A DNA stretch of 64,000 bases from an uncultured Candidatus Actinomarina sp. (lineage in GTDB: Bacteria > Actinomycetota > Acidimicrobiia > Actinomarinales > Actinomarinaceae): positions 89,837 through 153,836 of the forward strand of contig CACJJR010000003.1 of NCBI GenBank assembly GCA_902593795.1. Direction: 5' to 3'. Every line of letters starts with the position of its first letter. Within the stretch, counting starts at the first letter, position 1. Of this stretch, positions 18,809 to 29,783 are shown in pieces. The position numbers were made by a program, and so were the translations under genes. The notes beneath the pieces are model-generated. The model was not told the origin of the DNA and made no database searches. It saw only the letters and a list, made by a program, of their open reading frames with translations.

Positions 18809-19522
18809 ATGAAAAAATTTTCAACAATTTTCTTATTATTATTTGTTTTTTGTGGTGAAAGTGGTCAGACAATAGATGATTATGAAACATCTACGCAGAC
18901 CTCAAATGAAGTTTTAATTGAAACCGAAGAGTCTTCAACGTCTACAACAGAGATTGTTCAACTAGATTCTTTTAAAGGTACAGTTTATGTTGTTCAAAAA
19001 GATGAAAGCGAAGTTGGATATTTAGCTCCAAAACAATTTTTAAATGCAGGGCTCGAAAACGTTAAGGGTGTTACGAGTGAGATAATTGGAGAATTTACTG
19101 TAGAACTATCTGAATGTGATCAGTCGGACTCATGTTTATACATTACTAATCTATTGATACGTGTTGATATTTCTACATTAAAGAGCAAGAGCTCAATTAG
19201 AGACTCTGCAATTAAATCCCAATGGCTAGAATCAAAATTGTTTCCTGAAGCAGTATTTAAATTAGATGAATTAGTTATTCCTAATAAAAATTTTGATTCA
19301 AAAGTCGAAGATACAATAGTTGGAAAATTATCAATTAGAGAAATAGAACTTGATACCCCATTTTCTATCACTGCATCTTTAGTGAATGACACTATAAGTA
19401 TCTCAGGCTTTACAGAAATTGATACAACCTGGTTTGGATTTGATGCGCCAACAAAATTTAATGCCTGGGAGGTATTAAACCCTATCGGCATTACGGTTGA
19501 TTTGGTTGCAAAGCAAAAATAA
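18809..19522 (+). CDS. YceI-like lipoprotein
   Basis: ATG 18809 gives MKKFSTIFLLLFVFCGES, a lipobox-like signal. The C-terminal ~170 aa resemble the YceI polyisoprenoid-binding domain. The track start at 18734 adds an unlikely 25-aa extension. Confidence 0.55.
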   Translation: MKKFSTIFLLLFVFCGESGQTIDDYETSTQTSNEVLIETEESSTSTTEIVQLDSFKGTVYVVQKDESEVGYLAPKQFLNAGLENVKGVTSEIIGEFTVELSECDQSDSCLYITNLLIRVDISTLKSKSSIRDSAIKSQWLESKLFPEAVFKLDELVIPNKNFDSKVEDTIVGKLSIREIELDTPFSITASLVNDTISISGFTEIDTTWFGFDAPTKFNAWEVLNPIGITVDLVAKQK

Positions 19523-20075
19523 ATTGTTAGAAAATTTATTAAATTATAAAAAAATTGATGATTCATTAAAATCAAAAAAAAATAATTATGCATCCGTAGC
19601 TGTTCTTTTCATTGATAATAATGAAATATTGTTCATTAAACGTTCTGAAAATATGCCAACGCATAAGGGGCATATAGCTTTTCCAGGTGGAAAGAAAGAA
19701 AAAACAGATAAGAGTGTTGTAAGCACTGCAATTCGCGAAGCTAGTGAAGAACTTTTAATACCAGAAAATTCGATTAGCCCATTTGGCTATATTGATTCTG
19801 TTGATACTGTCGAGTATAAATTTGAAGTGTTTCCTATTTTGTGTTTTCTTAAACGTAAGCCAGAAAAGTTTAATAAGGATGAGGTGCAAAAAGTTCTATA
19901 TGCAAAAATTGATAATCTCATGAACGAAACAAACTGGCATTACAGGGGGTTTTATTCTAATGATTGGATATTTGAAATTGATAATGAAATTTTGTGGGGT
20001 GCAACAGCAAAAATGGTCAGAAAGATATTGAATCTTACTCTTGATTCTAATCCAGATTACGAGCCTCATCCTTAA
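19497..20075 (+). CDS. NUDIX hydrolase, CoA pyrophosphatase-like
   Basis: Motif ILFIKRSENMPTHKGHIAFPGGKKE followed by the Nudix box (AIREASEELLI). The start is uncertain; the track start is a TTG. Confidence 0.75.
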   Translation: MIWLQSKNKLLENLLNYKKIDDSLKSKKNNYASVAVLFIDNNEILFIKRSENMPTHKGHIAFPGGKKEKTDKSVVSTAIREASEELLIPENSISPFGYIDSVDTVEYKFEVFPILCFLKRKPEKFNKDEVQKVLYAKIDNLMNETNWHYRGFYSNDWIFEIDNEILWGATAKMVRKILNLTLDSNPDYEPHP

Positions 20076-20916
20076 CTGCTAAGTACAGTGAGATAAAAAT
20101 TAATATCAAAGTAATAAAGAAGATATTGTTAATAATTTCGTCAAGAAAAATATATCCAACATATATTCCAACTATCGGAACAACGTAATCTACTAAAGTG
20201 GTAAATGTCGCAGAGAGTCTTTTTATTGTATAAAAAAATAAAGAGTAATTAAATATATCAATAAACACTAAACCGGACAATCTTAAGGATTGAGAACGAT
20301 TTAACATTTCAAGCTCTCCACCAAGGATAAAAAATAATAAGATTGAGAATACTGTACTAGAAACCCACTGTACTAAAAGATATGTTCTAGCAGGTATATA
20401 TTGGGAATCTTTTTTATTTGTAATATTACTCAAGGCAAGGCCTTGAACGCCAATAATTGCTAACGTTCCACCCGTAATTATGTCTCCATCACCTGATAGA
20501 CCAGTAGCACCTGAAGCAAATAGAATGATAAGTCCAAACAGTCCGATTAAGACAGACACTAATTTTAAACGAGTTATCTTTTCATCTTTGTAAATGAGAA
20601 ACACCCAAAAAACCGTGAACATAGGAATTGTAGAAATAAATATACTTTGAAGACCAGAGGAGATACTTTTTAATGCATATATAAAAGTCCATCCTGGAAC
20701 AGTGATTGCTAAAAAGCCTGTTAAAGCACCTTTTAAAAAATAATCTCTATTTATTTCAGTAATAAATTCCTTAAAGCAATATAGAGATAAAAGAAAAGTA
20801 ACAAGTGTTATTCGCGTAGTAACAATAAATATTTCATTTACATTATCAATTAATAAACTTCTGTTTAGAAGCCCATGAAATCCAAACAAAATCCCAATTA
20901 AAATTATATTTACCAA
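20047..20916 (-). CDS. EamA/DMT-family transporter
   Basis: 289 aa with about 10 TM segments arranged as two EamA-like repeats. Confidence 0.7.
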   Translation of the reverse strand: MVNIILIGILFGFHGLLNRSLLIDNVNEIFIVTTRITLVTFLLSLYCFKEFITEINRDYFLKGALTGFLAITVPGWTFIYALKSISSGLQSIFISTIPMFTVFWVFLIYKDEKITRLKLVSVLIGLFGLIILFASGATGLSGDGDIITGGTLAIIGVQGLALSNITNKKDSQYIPARTYLLVQWVSSTVFSILLFFILGGELEMLNRSQSLRLSGLVFIDIFNYSLFFYTIKRLSATFTTLVDYVVPIVGIYVGYIFLDEIINNIFFITLILIFISLYLAVKDEARNLD

Positions 20917-20993
20917 TCCTGTATAAGCTGATAATTTATATTCGGATTTTATAAAAACTCTCCAATTTGATTTAGTTTATTAGAATAGCAGAT

Positions 20994-21968
20994 ATGAAAA
21001 CAGTTTTTTCCGGTATTCAGCCAAGTGGCCTGGTTCATCTTGGAAATTTGCTTGGTGCAATAAATAATTGGGTAAAATTATCTGAGGAAAATAGTAAGAA
21101 CTATTTTTGTATTGTAGATTTACATTCTCTGACGGGACTACCTAATAAAGATGATCTAAATAAGAGTATTGGCGATACGCTTAAAGTTCTTATTGCTTCA
21201 GGAATTAATCTTGATAATTCTGTCATTTACACACAAAGCAAGCTTCAGGAACACGCCTACCTGTCATGGATATTATCAAATTTTTGCCAAGTTGGAGAAT
21301 TGCAGAGGATGACACAATTCAAGGAAAAATCATCATCTTTTGGAACTCACTCGGGACTACTAACTTATCCAATTCTGATGGCTTCAGATATTTTGATTCA
21401 TAAAGCAAATGAGGTACCAGTTGGTGATGATCAAACACAGCATCTAGAACTTACAAGAAACATAGCAGAAAGATTCAATTCGAACTACGGCGAAATATTT
21501 CCTATCCCTGAAAAATCTATTGGAAAATCTGGGGCTAGATTAATGTCTTTACGACACCCAGAAAATAAAATGTCTAAAAGCTCAGACGATATAAATGGGA
21601 CAATATATTTTAATGACTCAAAAGAAAGTATTCTCAAAAAATTTAAATCTTCAGTTACTGATTCTGAAAATATTATAAAATATGATCCTGAACTTAAACC
21701 TGGCATCAGTAATTTAATAGAAATCTATGCAGCTATAACTGATAGAGAAATAAAAGATTCAGAGAAAGAATTTCAAAACTTACAATATGGAGAGTTTAAA
21801 ATTGCAGTTGCTGAAACAGTCGTTGACTACCTAGAGCCCATCAAAAAGAAATATGAAGAATTAACAACGAACGATATTGAAGATATAGTTGAAAAAAATT
21901 TAAATTTAGCACAAGAGTCTGCCGCAAAAACAATCATGGAAGTAGAAGAGGCTTTAGGTATTAATTAA
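20994..21968 (+). CDS. trpS: tryptophan--tRNA ligase
   Basis: 324 aa with FSGIQPSGLVHLGNLLGA (HIGH-equivalent), GDDQTQHLELTR and KMSKS motifs. Confidence 0.95.
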   Translation: MKTVFSGIQPSGLVHLGNLLGAINNWVKLSEENSKNYFCIVDLHSLTGLPNKDDLNKSIGDTLKVLIASGINLDNSVIYTQSKLQEHAYLSWILSNFCQVGELQRMTQFKEKSSSFGTHSGLLTYPILMASDILIHKANEVPVGDDQTQHLELTRNIAERFNSNYGEIFPIPEKSIGKSGARLMSLRHPENKMSKSSDDINGTIYFNDSKESILKKFKSSVTDSENIIKYDPELKPGISNLIEIYAAITDREIKDSEKEFQNLQYGEFKIAVAETVVDYLEPIKKKYEELTTNDIEDIVEKNLNLAQESAAKTIMEVEEALGIN

Positions 21969-22005
21969 TTATGAAATTTTCAAAAATAGTACTGAACTTT
22001 CTTTA

Positions 22006-24147
22006 ATGTCATCAGAATATAGAATTCCAGAAGACTGGAAAAAAATACTAAATGAAAGTCAGATTGAAGCTATAACTACTATCAATGGTCCTGTTTTAAT
22101 CATGGCTGGTGCTGGTTCTGGTAAAACAAGAGTTCTGACACATAGATATGCTCATTTAGTACAGCATCACAATGTTGATATTGAGCAGATATTAGCTATT
22201 ACTTTTACAAATAAAGCTGCTGAAGAGATGAAGACACGTATTGGTAGTTTATTAAATCTAAAAATATCACCAAAGTGGGTATCAACATTTCATAGCCTAT
22301 GTGTAAAAATATTAAGAATTCATGGAGACAAAATTGGGTATAGAAACAATTTTTCAATTTATGATCAATCAGATTCTAATAAGGTTGTTCGAAACTGTAT
22401 GTCAGAAAACAATGTTGACCTAAAGCAGTATTCACCAAAACGATTTCAAGCTCATATTTCAAATTTAAAAAATAATATGATTTCTCCGGGTGAGGCTTTA
22501 CAAAATGCTGAGTCATTTTTTGAAGTAAAAGTAGCTGAAATATATTCAAGCTATGAAAAAAAATTAATTATGTCAAACTCTATGGATTTTGATGATTTAT
22601 TAATTAAAACCGTAGAGCTACTACAAACAAATGAAAAAATACTTCATTACTGGTCTAATAAGTTCCAATTCGTAATGGTAGATGAATATCAGGATACAAA
22701 CTTTGTTCAATATAAACTTGTTGAGTTACTGAGTTCAAATAATCAAAACGTATGTGTTGTTGGCGATTCAGATCAGAGTATTTATGCATTTAGGGGTGCA
22801 GATATAAGAAACATAATTGAGTTTGAAAAAGATTTCAAAAATGCAAAGTTAATTCAATTAGATAAAAATTATAGATCTACTAAAAAAATTCTTGACTTAG
22901 CAAATACAATAATTTCAAACAATCCAAGAAAGATTAAAAAGAATCTTTGGACTGACAATGAAGATGGTCTTGAAATTAGCTCATTTAGGTTTAGATCTGA
23001 AAAAGATGAATCCAGATGGGTTGCTGAAGAAGTTAAACAAATTATTGAAAGCGACAAAGATGCAGAAATTGCAATATTTTATAGAACAAATAGCCAATCT
23101 AGATTATTTGAAGAGGAATTGAGAAAACTAAATATAAATCATAAATTAATTGGAAGTGTAAGGTTTTACGACAGGAGAGAGATTAAAGATATAATTTCTT
23201 ACTTGAAGTTTCTTGTCAATGAAAATGACCTAGTTTCATTCGAAAGAATAGTAAATGTACCAAAAAGAGGTATTGGAGAATCAAGTGTTAAAAAACTTCG
23301 TGATTATATAAATCAACAAGAAGTATCAATTTTTGAATTATTGCAAAATCTCGAACAAATTGACAATATTTCCCCAAGAATAAAAAATAAATTAACTGAA
23401 TTTAAGGATTTGATAATTGATTTAAAAACCTTTTCATTAGATGGACCTTCAAAATCTATTGAAAAAATTATTGAACTGACTGGTTATAAAATGGACTTGA
23501 TTAAAGACGGAACAATGGAATCTCAGATGAGACTTGAGAATATAGAAGAACTTCTAAATTCTGCTTACAATTTTGAAAATGTTTATGATGAAGAAATAGA
23601 TGAACCATATAGTAAGCTTCGAGATTATCTTGAATCTATAGCCTTGTTTTCTGAAACTGACGAACTCAAAGATTCAGATAAAGTTTTGCTTATGACACTC
23701 CACAACGCCAAGGGTTTAGAGTTTCCATATGTTTTTATGACAGGAATGGAAGAAAATCTTTTTCCACATGAAAGAAGCTCACAAGGGGATCAGTCTGAAA
23801 TTGAAGAAGAAAGAAGACTCTGTTACGTAGGTGTAACAAGGGCTGAAAAAAAACTATATTTATCTCATGCTTGGTCAAGAACTTTATGGGGAGGCACAAC
23901 TTATAATTTACCCAGTAGATTTTTAGATGAGGGTTCTAATCATTTTGAAACAAAAGATTTCTCTCAAGAGTTTCAGGAGCCTGATAATCAAAATAGTTCT
24001 GCTGCAATTGGTCAAAAAATTATACATGAAAAATATGGCGAAGGACTTATAAAAGAAGTCCAGGGGAATGAAATTACTGTTGAATTTAACGAAGATATAG
24101 GTACTAAATATTTGGATATAGAATGGGCGCCAATAAAATTTCAATAA
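22006..24147 (+). CDS. pcrA: ATP-dependent DNA helicase PcrA/UvrD
   Basis: 713 aa with SF1 motifs AGAGSGKT, VDEYQDTN, TLHNAKGLEF and VGVTRA. A C-terminal Tudor-like tail is present (GQKIIHEKYGEGLI). Confidence 0.95.
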   Translation: MSSEYRIPEDWKKILNESQIEAITTINGPVLIMAGAGSGKTRVLTHRYAHLVQHHNVDIEQILAITFTNKAAEEMKTRIGSLLNLKISPKWVSTFHSLCVKILRIHGDKIGYRNNFSIYDQSDSNKVVRNCMSENNVDLKQYSPKRFQAHISNLKNNMISPGEALQNAESFFEVKVAEIYSSYEKKLIMSNSMDFDDLLIKTVELLQTNEKILHYWSNKFQFVMVDEYQDTNFVQYKLVELLSSNNQNVCVVGDSDQSIYAFRGADIRNIIEFEKDFKNAKLIQLDKNYRSTKKILDLANTIISNNPRKIKKNLWTDNEDGLEISSFRFRSEKDESRWVAEEVKQIIESDKDAEIAIFYRTNSQSRLFEEELRKLNINHKLIGSVRFYDRREIKDIISYLKFLVNENDLVSFERIVNVPKRGIGESSVKKLRDYINQQEVSIFELLQNLEQIDNISPRIKNKLTEFKDLIIDLKTFSLDGPSKSIEKIIELTGYKMDLIKDGTMESQMRLENIEELLNSAYNFENVYDEEIDEPYSKLRDYLESIALFSETDELKDSDKVLLMTLHNAKGLEFPYVFMTGMEENLFPHERSSQGDQSEIEEERRLCYVGVTRAEKKLYLSHAWSRTLWGGTTYNLPSRFLDEGSNHFETKDFSQEFQEPDNQNSSAAIGQKIIHEKYGEGLIKEVQGNEITVEFNEDIGTKYLDIEWAPIKFQ

Positions 24148-24199
24148 ATAGAAAGCATAATTTTTATTTTTTTGTAATCTATACTCTTGTTGTAACATT

Positions 24200-25333
24200 A
24201 TGAATCTTTTTGAATATCAAGGTAAACGACTATATAAAGACTTCTCTATACCGACACCCAAATCAATATTTGTATCTAGTATTTCCAGTATTTCTGACAA
24301 TCATGATTTGAATTATCCTTTAGTTGTTAAAGCACAAGTTCAAGTAGGTGGAAGAGGTAAAGCAGGTGGTATTAAGGTTGCAAACAATTTTGAAGAATTA
24401 ATTGAATATTCAAATGAAATTTTAGGAATGGATATTAAAGGCCATATAGTTGAGAGTCTATTAATTGAAGAGGCTTCAACAATCCAAGAAGAATATTATA
24501 TTTCGTTTACGCTTGATAGATCAGCAAAAAAGTATCTTATGATGCTCAGCTCAAAAGGCGGTATGGATATTGAAGAAGTTGCTGAAAATAATCCTGATGA
24601 TTTGATAAAACTTTATATTTCACCCTCAGAAGGTCTTAATACTGAGGTAGTAAATAAAGCAATAAAAGATTCAAAACTTAATAAAGATTTCAATGATGAA
24701 CTAAATGATGTAATTTCCAAATTATATAATCTATTTGTTGAAAGTGATTGTGACCTTGTTGAAGTCAATCCTCTTGCAATTACTAATAAAGGCGTTTCAG
24801 CATTAGATTCAAAGGTTTCATTAGATATGAATGCTGTTTATAGGCATGATAATTTCATAGATATTGAAAAAGAAATACCTATTCCAGTTTCAGAACAATT
24901 TGCCAAAGAAAAAAATCTAAACTTTATAAAGCTTGAAGGAAGTGTGGGAATCATAGGTAATGGTGCCGGATTAGTAATGTCTACACTTGATGTTGTTTCT
25001 GAATATGGTGGAAAGGCTGCAAATTTCTTGGATATTGGTGGTGGAGCAAAAGCTGAAACTGTAACTGCAGCTTTAGAAGTTTTAGAATCCGAGAATAATG
25101 TTAAAAGTGTTCTAATAAATATCTTTGGTGGAATTACAAGGTGTGATCTTGTTGCAGAGGGAATTGTTGAAGCAACAAAGGGTAAAGATTTAAAGTGGCC
25201 AATCATTGTCCGTTTAGATGGAACAAACTCAAAAGAAGGTTTAGCTATATTACTAGAAAACTCAAATGAAAAAATTACAATATCTAGTTCTATGGATGAT
25301 GCGGCTAAGTTAGCTGTAAAAGGAGCAAACTAA
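24200..25333 (+). CDS. sucC: succinate--CoA ligase subunit beta
   Basis: 377 aa with [25 protein letters not shown] and [10 protein letters not shown] motifs. Confidence 0.96.
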   Translation: MNLFEYQGKRLYKDFSIPTPKSIFVSSISSISDNHDLNYPLVVKAQVQVGGRGKAGGIKVANNFEELIEYSNEILGMDIKGHIVESLLIEEASTIQEEYYISFTLDRSAKKYLMMLSSKGGMDIEEVAENNPDDLIKLYISPSEGLNTEVVNKAIKDSKLNKDFNDELNDVISKLYNLFVESDCDLVEVNPLAITNKGVSALDSKVSLDMNAVYRHDNFIDIEKEIPIPVSEQFAKEKNLNFIKLEGSVGIIGNGAGLVMSTLDVVSEYGGKAANFLDIGGGAKAETVTAALEVLESENNVKSVLINIFGGITRCDLVAEGIVEATKGKDLKWPIIVRLDGTNSKEGLAILLENSNEKITISSSMDDAAKLAVKGAN

Positions 25334-26202
25334 TGTCAATATTTATTGATAATGAAACTAAAGTAGTTGTCCAAGGACTTACAGGTGAACAAGGCAAATT
25401 TCACGCACTAAGAAACAAAGCATATGGGACAAAAGTTGTTGCTGGAACTAGGCCAGGCAAAGGGGGAGAAACCGTAGAGGGTATTCCAATTTTCAATACT
25501 GTTGAGGATGCTATTGAAGAAACTGGTGCAAATACAGCAATGACCTTCGTACCACCACCATTTGCCAAAGATGCAGTTTTAGAGGCAGCATATGCAGGTT
25601 GTGAGTTAATTGTTTGTATTACTGAAGGTATTCCAGCAAAAGATGAGGCTGAAATGTATGATCTTTTGAAACAAAAAACATCTTCAAGATTATTAGGTCC
25701 TAACTGTCCAGGTTTAATTTCTCCAGGCAAATCAAATGTTGGAATTATGCCGCACGAAATTACAATGGAAGGCAAAGTTGGTGTAGTGTCAAGATCTGGA
25801 ACTTTAACTTATCAAGCAGTTCTTGAATTGACAAATCTCAACATCGGTCAATCAACTTGTATAGGCATTGGGGGTGACCCTGTTCCTGGTACCTCATTCA
25901 TAGATGTTTTAGATGCTTTTCAGCACGATATTCAAACTGAAGCAATTGTAATGATTGGAGAAATAGGCGGAAGTGCTGAAGAGGAAGCTGCTGAGTTTAT
26001 TAAAGATAATGTTACTAAACCGGTTGTTTCATATATTGCTGGACTTACAGCTCCTCCCGGTAAAAAGATGGGACATGCAGGCGCAATTGTTTCTGGAAAT
26101 AAGGGTACTGCGAGTGCTAAAATTGAAGCACTTACTGATGCTGGTGCAAATGTTGTGAAAAACCCTACCAGAATTGGCCAAGCAATTAAGGATGTAATAT
26201 GA
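25333..26202 (+). CDS. sucD: succinate--CoA ligase subunit alpha
   Basis: 289 aa with [18 protein letters not shown] and MGHAGAI (phospho-His loop) motifs. TGA stop at 26200-26202. Confidence 0.96.
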   Translation: MSIFIDNETKVVVQGLTGEQGKFHALRNKAYGTKVVAGTRPGKGGETVEGIPIFNTVEDAIEETGANTAMTFVPPPFAKDAVLEAAYAGCELIVCITEGIPAKDEAEMYDLLKQKTSSRLLGPNCPGLISPGKSNVGIMPHEITMEGKVGVVSRSGTLTYQAVLELTNLNIGQSTCIGIGGDPVPGTSFIDVLDAFQHDIQTEAIVMIGEIGGSAEEEAAEFIKDNVTKPVVSYIAGLTAPPGKKMGHAGAIVSGNKGTASAKIEALTDAGANVVKNPTRIGQAIKDVI

Positions 26203-27434
26203 ATGAAAATTTAAAAAGAGAAGACTTAGAATCTGCCATACAAAAAACAAGAGACTCTTTTGATACTGATAATCCTGTAGTCCCATTTATTGAAGGGGAT
26301 GGCATTGGTGTAGATATATGGCCCGCTTCTCAAAAAGTTTTTGATGCGGCTGTAGATAAAGCTTACTCAAATGCCAGAAAAATTGAATGGCAAGAAGTTC
26401 TTGCTGGTCAAAAAGCATTTGATAGCGTTAAGGAATGGTTACCAGATCAAACTATTGAAATGTTTGATGAATACGGCATAGGAATTAAAGGCCCTCTCAC
26501 TACTCCAGTAGGTGGTGGAATTAGATCAATAAATGTAGCAATTAGGCAAAAACTAGATTTATATGCATGCTTAAGGCCACTCAGGTGGTTCAAAGGAGTT
26601 GAGACACCCACTAAGAATCCAGGAAATGTTGATATTGCTTTATTTCGTGAGAACACAGAAGATGTTTATTCTGGAAAAGAATTAGAAATGAACTCTGAAG
26701 AAGTTATGAGGTTAAATAAATTTCTTAAAGAAGAATTTGATTGGGAAATTAGATCTGACAGCGGAATTGGAATTAAGCCTATATCAAAAACTGCCTCTGA
26801 AAGATTAATTAGATCATCTTTAAATTATGCGGTAGAAAATAATAAGAAAAACCTAGCAATTGTTCATAAAGGAAACATAATGAAATTTACAGAAGGGGCT
26901 TTTAGGGCGTGGGGCTATGAGCTTGTAAAAAATGAATTTTCTGATGTTGCTGTATCTTGGGAAGACTGCAATGGAGATCCTGGAGACAAGATATTAGTAC
27001 AAGATGTAATTGCAGATGCTTTCTTGCAACAAATATTAATCAAACCACATGAATTTGAAGTTATAGCAACTACAAATCTTAATGGAGATTATGCATCTGA
27101 TGCTTTGGCCGCACAAATTGGTGGAATTGGAATTAGTCCCGGAGGCAATATTAACTACGAAAATGGTAAATCTGTTTTTGAAGCCACACATGGAACTGCA
27201 CCAAAACATGCTGGTAAAGACAAAGCAAATCCAGGATCATTAATCTTATCAGGAGAAATGATGTTCAGATATATGGGATGGAATGAAGCAGCTGATTTAA
27301 TAATTAAAGCGATGGAAAAATCAATTAGCGAAGGAAATGTAACTTACGACTTAGCAAGAGGACGAACGGATGCTACGACCCTATCTTCTTCAGAGTTTGC
27401 ATCTAACTTAGTAAATAATATTGAAAGTTTTTAA
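26199..27434 (+). CDS. icd: isocitrate dehydrogenase (NADP), homodimeric type
   Basis: 411 aa with [26 protein letters not shown] and ATHGTAPK motifs. Confidence 0.95.
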   Translation: MNENLKREDLESAIQKTRDSFDTDNPVVPFIEGDGIGVDIWPASQKVFDAAVDKAYSNARKIEWQEVLAGQKAFDSVKEWLPDQTIEMFDEYGIGIKGPLTTPVGGGIRSINVAIRQKLDLYACLRPLRWFKGVETPTKNPGNVDIALFRENTEDVYSGKELEMNSEEVMRLNKFLKEEFDWEIRSDSGIGIKPISKTASERLIRSSLNYAVENNKKNLAIVHKGNIMKFTEGAFRAWGYELVKNEFSDVAVSWEDCNGDPGDKILVQDVIADAFLQQILIKPHEFEVIATTNLNGDYASDALAAQIGGIGISPGGNINYENGKSVFEATHGTAPKHAGKDKANPGSLILSGEMMFRYMGWNEAADLIIKAMEKSISEGNVTYDLARGRTDATTLSSSEFASNLVNNIESF

Positions 27435-27437
27435 TAT

Positions 27438-28376
27438 ATGAAAAAAGTAACAATTGTTGGTTCAGGTAAATATGGATCTATGACAGCTCTAAGGGTTGCT
27501 GAGTATGATTTAGTTGACCAGGTTGTAATGACTGACATAGTTGAAGGGCTTCCACAGGGACTTGCTCTAGATATGAATCAATCTAGATATGTAGAAAGTT
27601 TTTCTAGCAAAATAGTTGGAACAAATAATTATGAAGACACTTCTGAAAGTGAAGTTGTGGTAATTACTGCAGGGCTTCCAAGAAAGCCTGGCATGACTAG
27701 GATGGACCTTCTAGAAGTAAATGCAAATATTGTTACTGATGTAACAAAAAATATTCTCAAACATTCTGAATCACCGATAATAATTGTTGTTACTAATCCA
27801 TTAGATCAAATGACCTCATTAGTTTCCCAAGTATCTGGATTACCAAAAAATAAAGTAATAGGCCAGGCTGGCGTGTTAGATTCTTCACGTTTTGCATATT
27901 TCATATCAGAAAAATTGGGTGTTGACATGAAAAAAATTGAGGCACTTACCTTAGGTAGCCATGGTGAGACAATGGTTCCCGTGCCTTCACAATGTAAAGT
28001 TTCAGGGGAGCCACTAGGCGACTTAATAAGTGAAGATGAAATTTCTGAATTAGTTCAAAAAACTTCAGATGGTGGAGCTGAGATTGTTGGATTACTTAAA
28101 ACAGGAAGTGCTTATTTTGCTCCTTCTTCTGCTGCAGCAATCATGGTTAAATCTATTATTTCAAATTCGAATGATGTTATGCCTGCTTGTTCGTGGGTTA
28201 ATGGTGAATATGGTATCAACGATGTATTTTTAGGTGTTCCGACAATGCTAGGCTCTAATGGAGTTACTAAGGTTGTTGAATTAGAACTCAATGATAATGA
28301 GTTAAACGCATTAAAGAGTGCCTCTAATGCTGTTAAGTCGAAGGTAGAAGAGCTTAATAGCATATTAAGTCAATAA
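27438..28376 (+). CDS. mdh: malate dehydrogenase (LDH-like type)
   Basis: 312 aa with a Rossmann VTIVGSGKYGS motif, plus GLPRKPGMTRMDL, VTNPLD and GSHGETMVP. Confidence 0.92.
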   Translation: MKKVTIVGSGKYGSMTALRVAEYDLVDQVVMTDIVEGLPQGLALDMNQSRYVESFSSKIVGTNNYEDTSESEVVVITAGLPRKPGMTRMDLLEVNANIVTDVTKNILKHSESPIIIVVTNPLDQMTSLVSQVSGLPKNKVIGQAGVLDSSRFAYFISEKLGVDMKKIEALTLGSHGETMVPVPSQCKVSGEPLGDLISEDEISELVQKTSDGGAEIVGLLKTGSAYFAPSSAAAIMVKSIISNSNDVMPACSWVNGEYGINDVFLGVPTMLGSNGVTKVVELELNDNELNALKSASNAVKSKVEELNSILSQ

Positions 28377-28495
28377 ATTCAGTCTTTTTAAAAAAAAAGT
28401 CAATAATTTTAGTATTTTAAGATAAATCATCAAAAAAAACTATAATAACCATAAGGGAGTTTTAAAAAAACTCAATAAAGAAAGGCTAAACAGCT

Positions 28496-28768
28496 ATGAA
28501 TAAAGATCAATTAGCAAGTGTTGTAGCAGCAGAAGTTGGATTGTCACAATCTGATGCTAAAAAAGCTGTAGAAGCCGTGTTCGATGGCGTAACAAATGGT
28601 ATGAAAAACGGCGATAAAGTAAGTATTGCTGGTTTTGGTAACTTTGAGTCAAGATACAGGGCTGCAAGACAAGGCAGGAACCCAGCAACAGGAGAAACAA
28701 TCCAAATTGCTGCAAAGAATGCCCCAGCTTTTAAAGCTGCAAAAGGATTAAAAGACGCTTTAAACTAA
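28496..28768 (+). CDS. hup: nucleoid-associated DNA-binding protein HU
   Basis: 90 aa with the canonical GFGNFESRYRAARQGRNPATGETIQI arm. Confidence 0.95.
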   Translation: MNKDQLASVVAAEVGLSQSDAKKAVEAVFDGVTNGMKNGDKVSIAGFGNFESRYRAARQGRNPATGETIQIAAKNAPAFKAAKGLKDALN

Positions 28769-28787
28769 AAGCATTTTTTATCAAATG

Positions 28788-28818
28788 AAAAGACGGCGAA
28801 AGTCGTCTTTTCTTTTTT
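28788..28818. terminator. bidirectional rho-independent terminator
   Basis: Stem AAAAGACG / CGTCTTTT with a GC-containing loop. A T-run follows on the + strand and an A-run on the - strand. It lies between convergent hup and the sdh-operon tail. Confidence 0.75.
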
Positions 28819-29091
28819 CTAAGCAAGAATACTTATATCTCCAGAAATTTTTACTTTTTCATCAAAAAGAAGATCTTCAGGATGTTTTTTTCCCTCTACA
28901 ATTTCTAACAAACTATCAGTAGATATTCTAAATTTTAAAAATTTTTCTTCATCAATTTCTGAACTTATAAAATCACACGTTTCAAGATTATATATTTTAT
29001 TATCATCTGTTATTTCAAAATAAATCAAACTCAAATTAATATCTCTATTTGATAGTTTATTTTTAAAATTTTTTAAAATATCTTGAATCAA
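28819..29091 (-). CDS. SCP2 (sterol-carrier-like) domain protein
   Basis: 90 aa with a pattern typical of the SCP2 fold (LIYFEITDD..., RISTDSLLEIVEGKKHPEDLLFDEKVKISGD). The start overlaps the sdhB stop by 4 nt. Confidence 0.5.
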   Translation of the reverse strand: MIQDILKNFKNKLSNRDINLSLIYFEITDDNKIYNLETCDFISSEIDEEKFLKFRISTDSLLEIVEGKKHPEDLLFDEKVKISGDISILA

Positions 29092-29783
29092 TTGATAGTT
29101 AGAGTTTCTCGTTTAACATCTTCAATGGCTTTTGTTACTTGGATACCTCGTGGACATGCTGTTGTACAGTTGAATGCTGTTCTGCACCTGAACGCACCAT
29201 CTATATCTTGTAAAATTTCTAATCTTTGTTTTGAAGCATTGTCACGTGAGTCAAATACGAATCGGTGAGCGTTGACAATGGCTGCTGGACCAACATAGGT
29301 ATCTGCGGTCCAAAAAACAGGACAGCTAGTTGTACAAGCTGCACATAGAATACACTTTGTTGTATCTTCAAATCTATCCCTATCTTCAGGAGATTGTAGT
29401 CTTTCTCTTTCTCCCGGTTCATCATCATTTACAAGAAATGGCATGACTTTTTTATATGAGTCAAAGAATGAGTCCATATTTACAACTAGATCTTTAATAA
29501 CTGGCAAACCCCTAATTGGTTCAATTTTAATTGGAGTGCTCACTTCTTTCACTAAAACTTGGCAGGCAAGCATATTTTCACCATTAACAATCATTGCATC
29601 AGAACCACAAACACCATGGGCACAAGATCTTCTGAAGGCTAAGCTTCCATCATCAAACCATTTAACTTTATGAAGTAAATCCAGTATTCTTTCATCAGGA
29701 TCAGCTTCAAGGATATACTCTTCCCAGTGACCTTTTCTATCAGTTTCAGGGTTGTACCTTAATATATTGACTTTTACATCCAT
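29088..29783 (-). CDS. sdhB: succinate dehydrogenase iron-sulfur subunit
   Basis: 231 aa with three Cys clusters (CAHGVCGSDA, CILCAACTTSCP, CRTAFNCTTACP). Confidence 0.96.
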   Translation of the reverse strand: MDVKVNILRYNPETDRKGHWEEYILEADPDERILDLLHKVKWFDDGSLAFRRSCAHGVCGSDAMIVNGENMLACQVLVKEVSTPIKIEPIRGLPVIKDLVVNMDSFFDSYKKVMPFLVNDDEPGERERLQSPEDRDRFEDTTKCILCAACTTSCPVFWTADTYVGPAAIVNAHRFVFDSRDNASKQRLEILQDIDGAFRCRTAFNCTTACPRGIQVTKAIEDVKRETLTIN

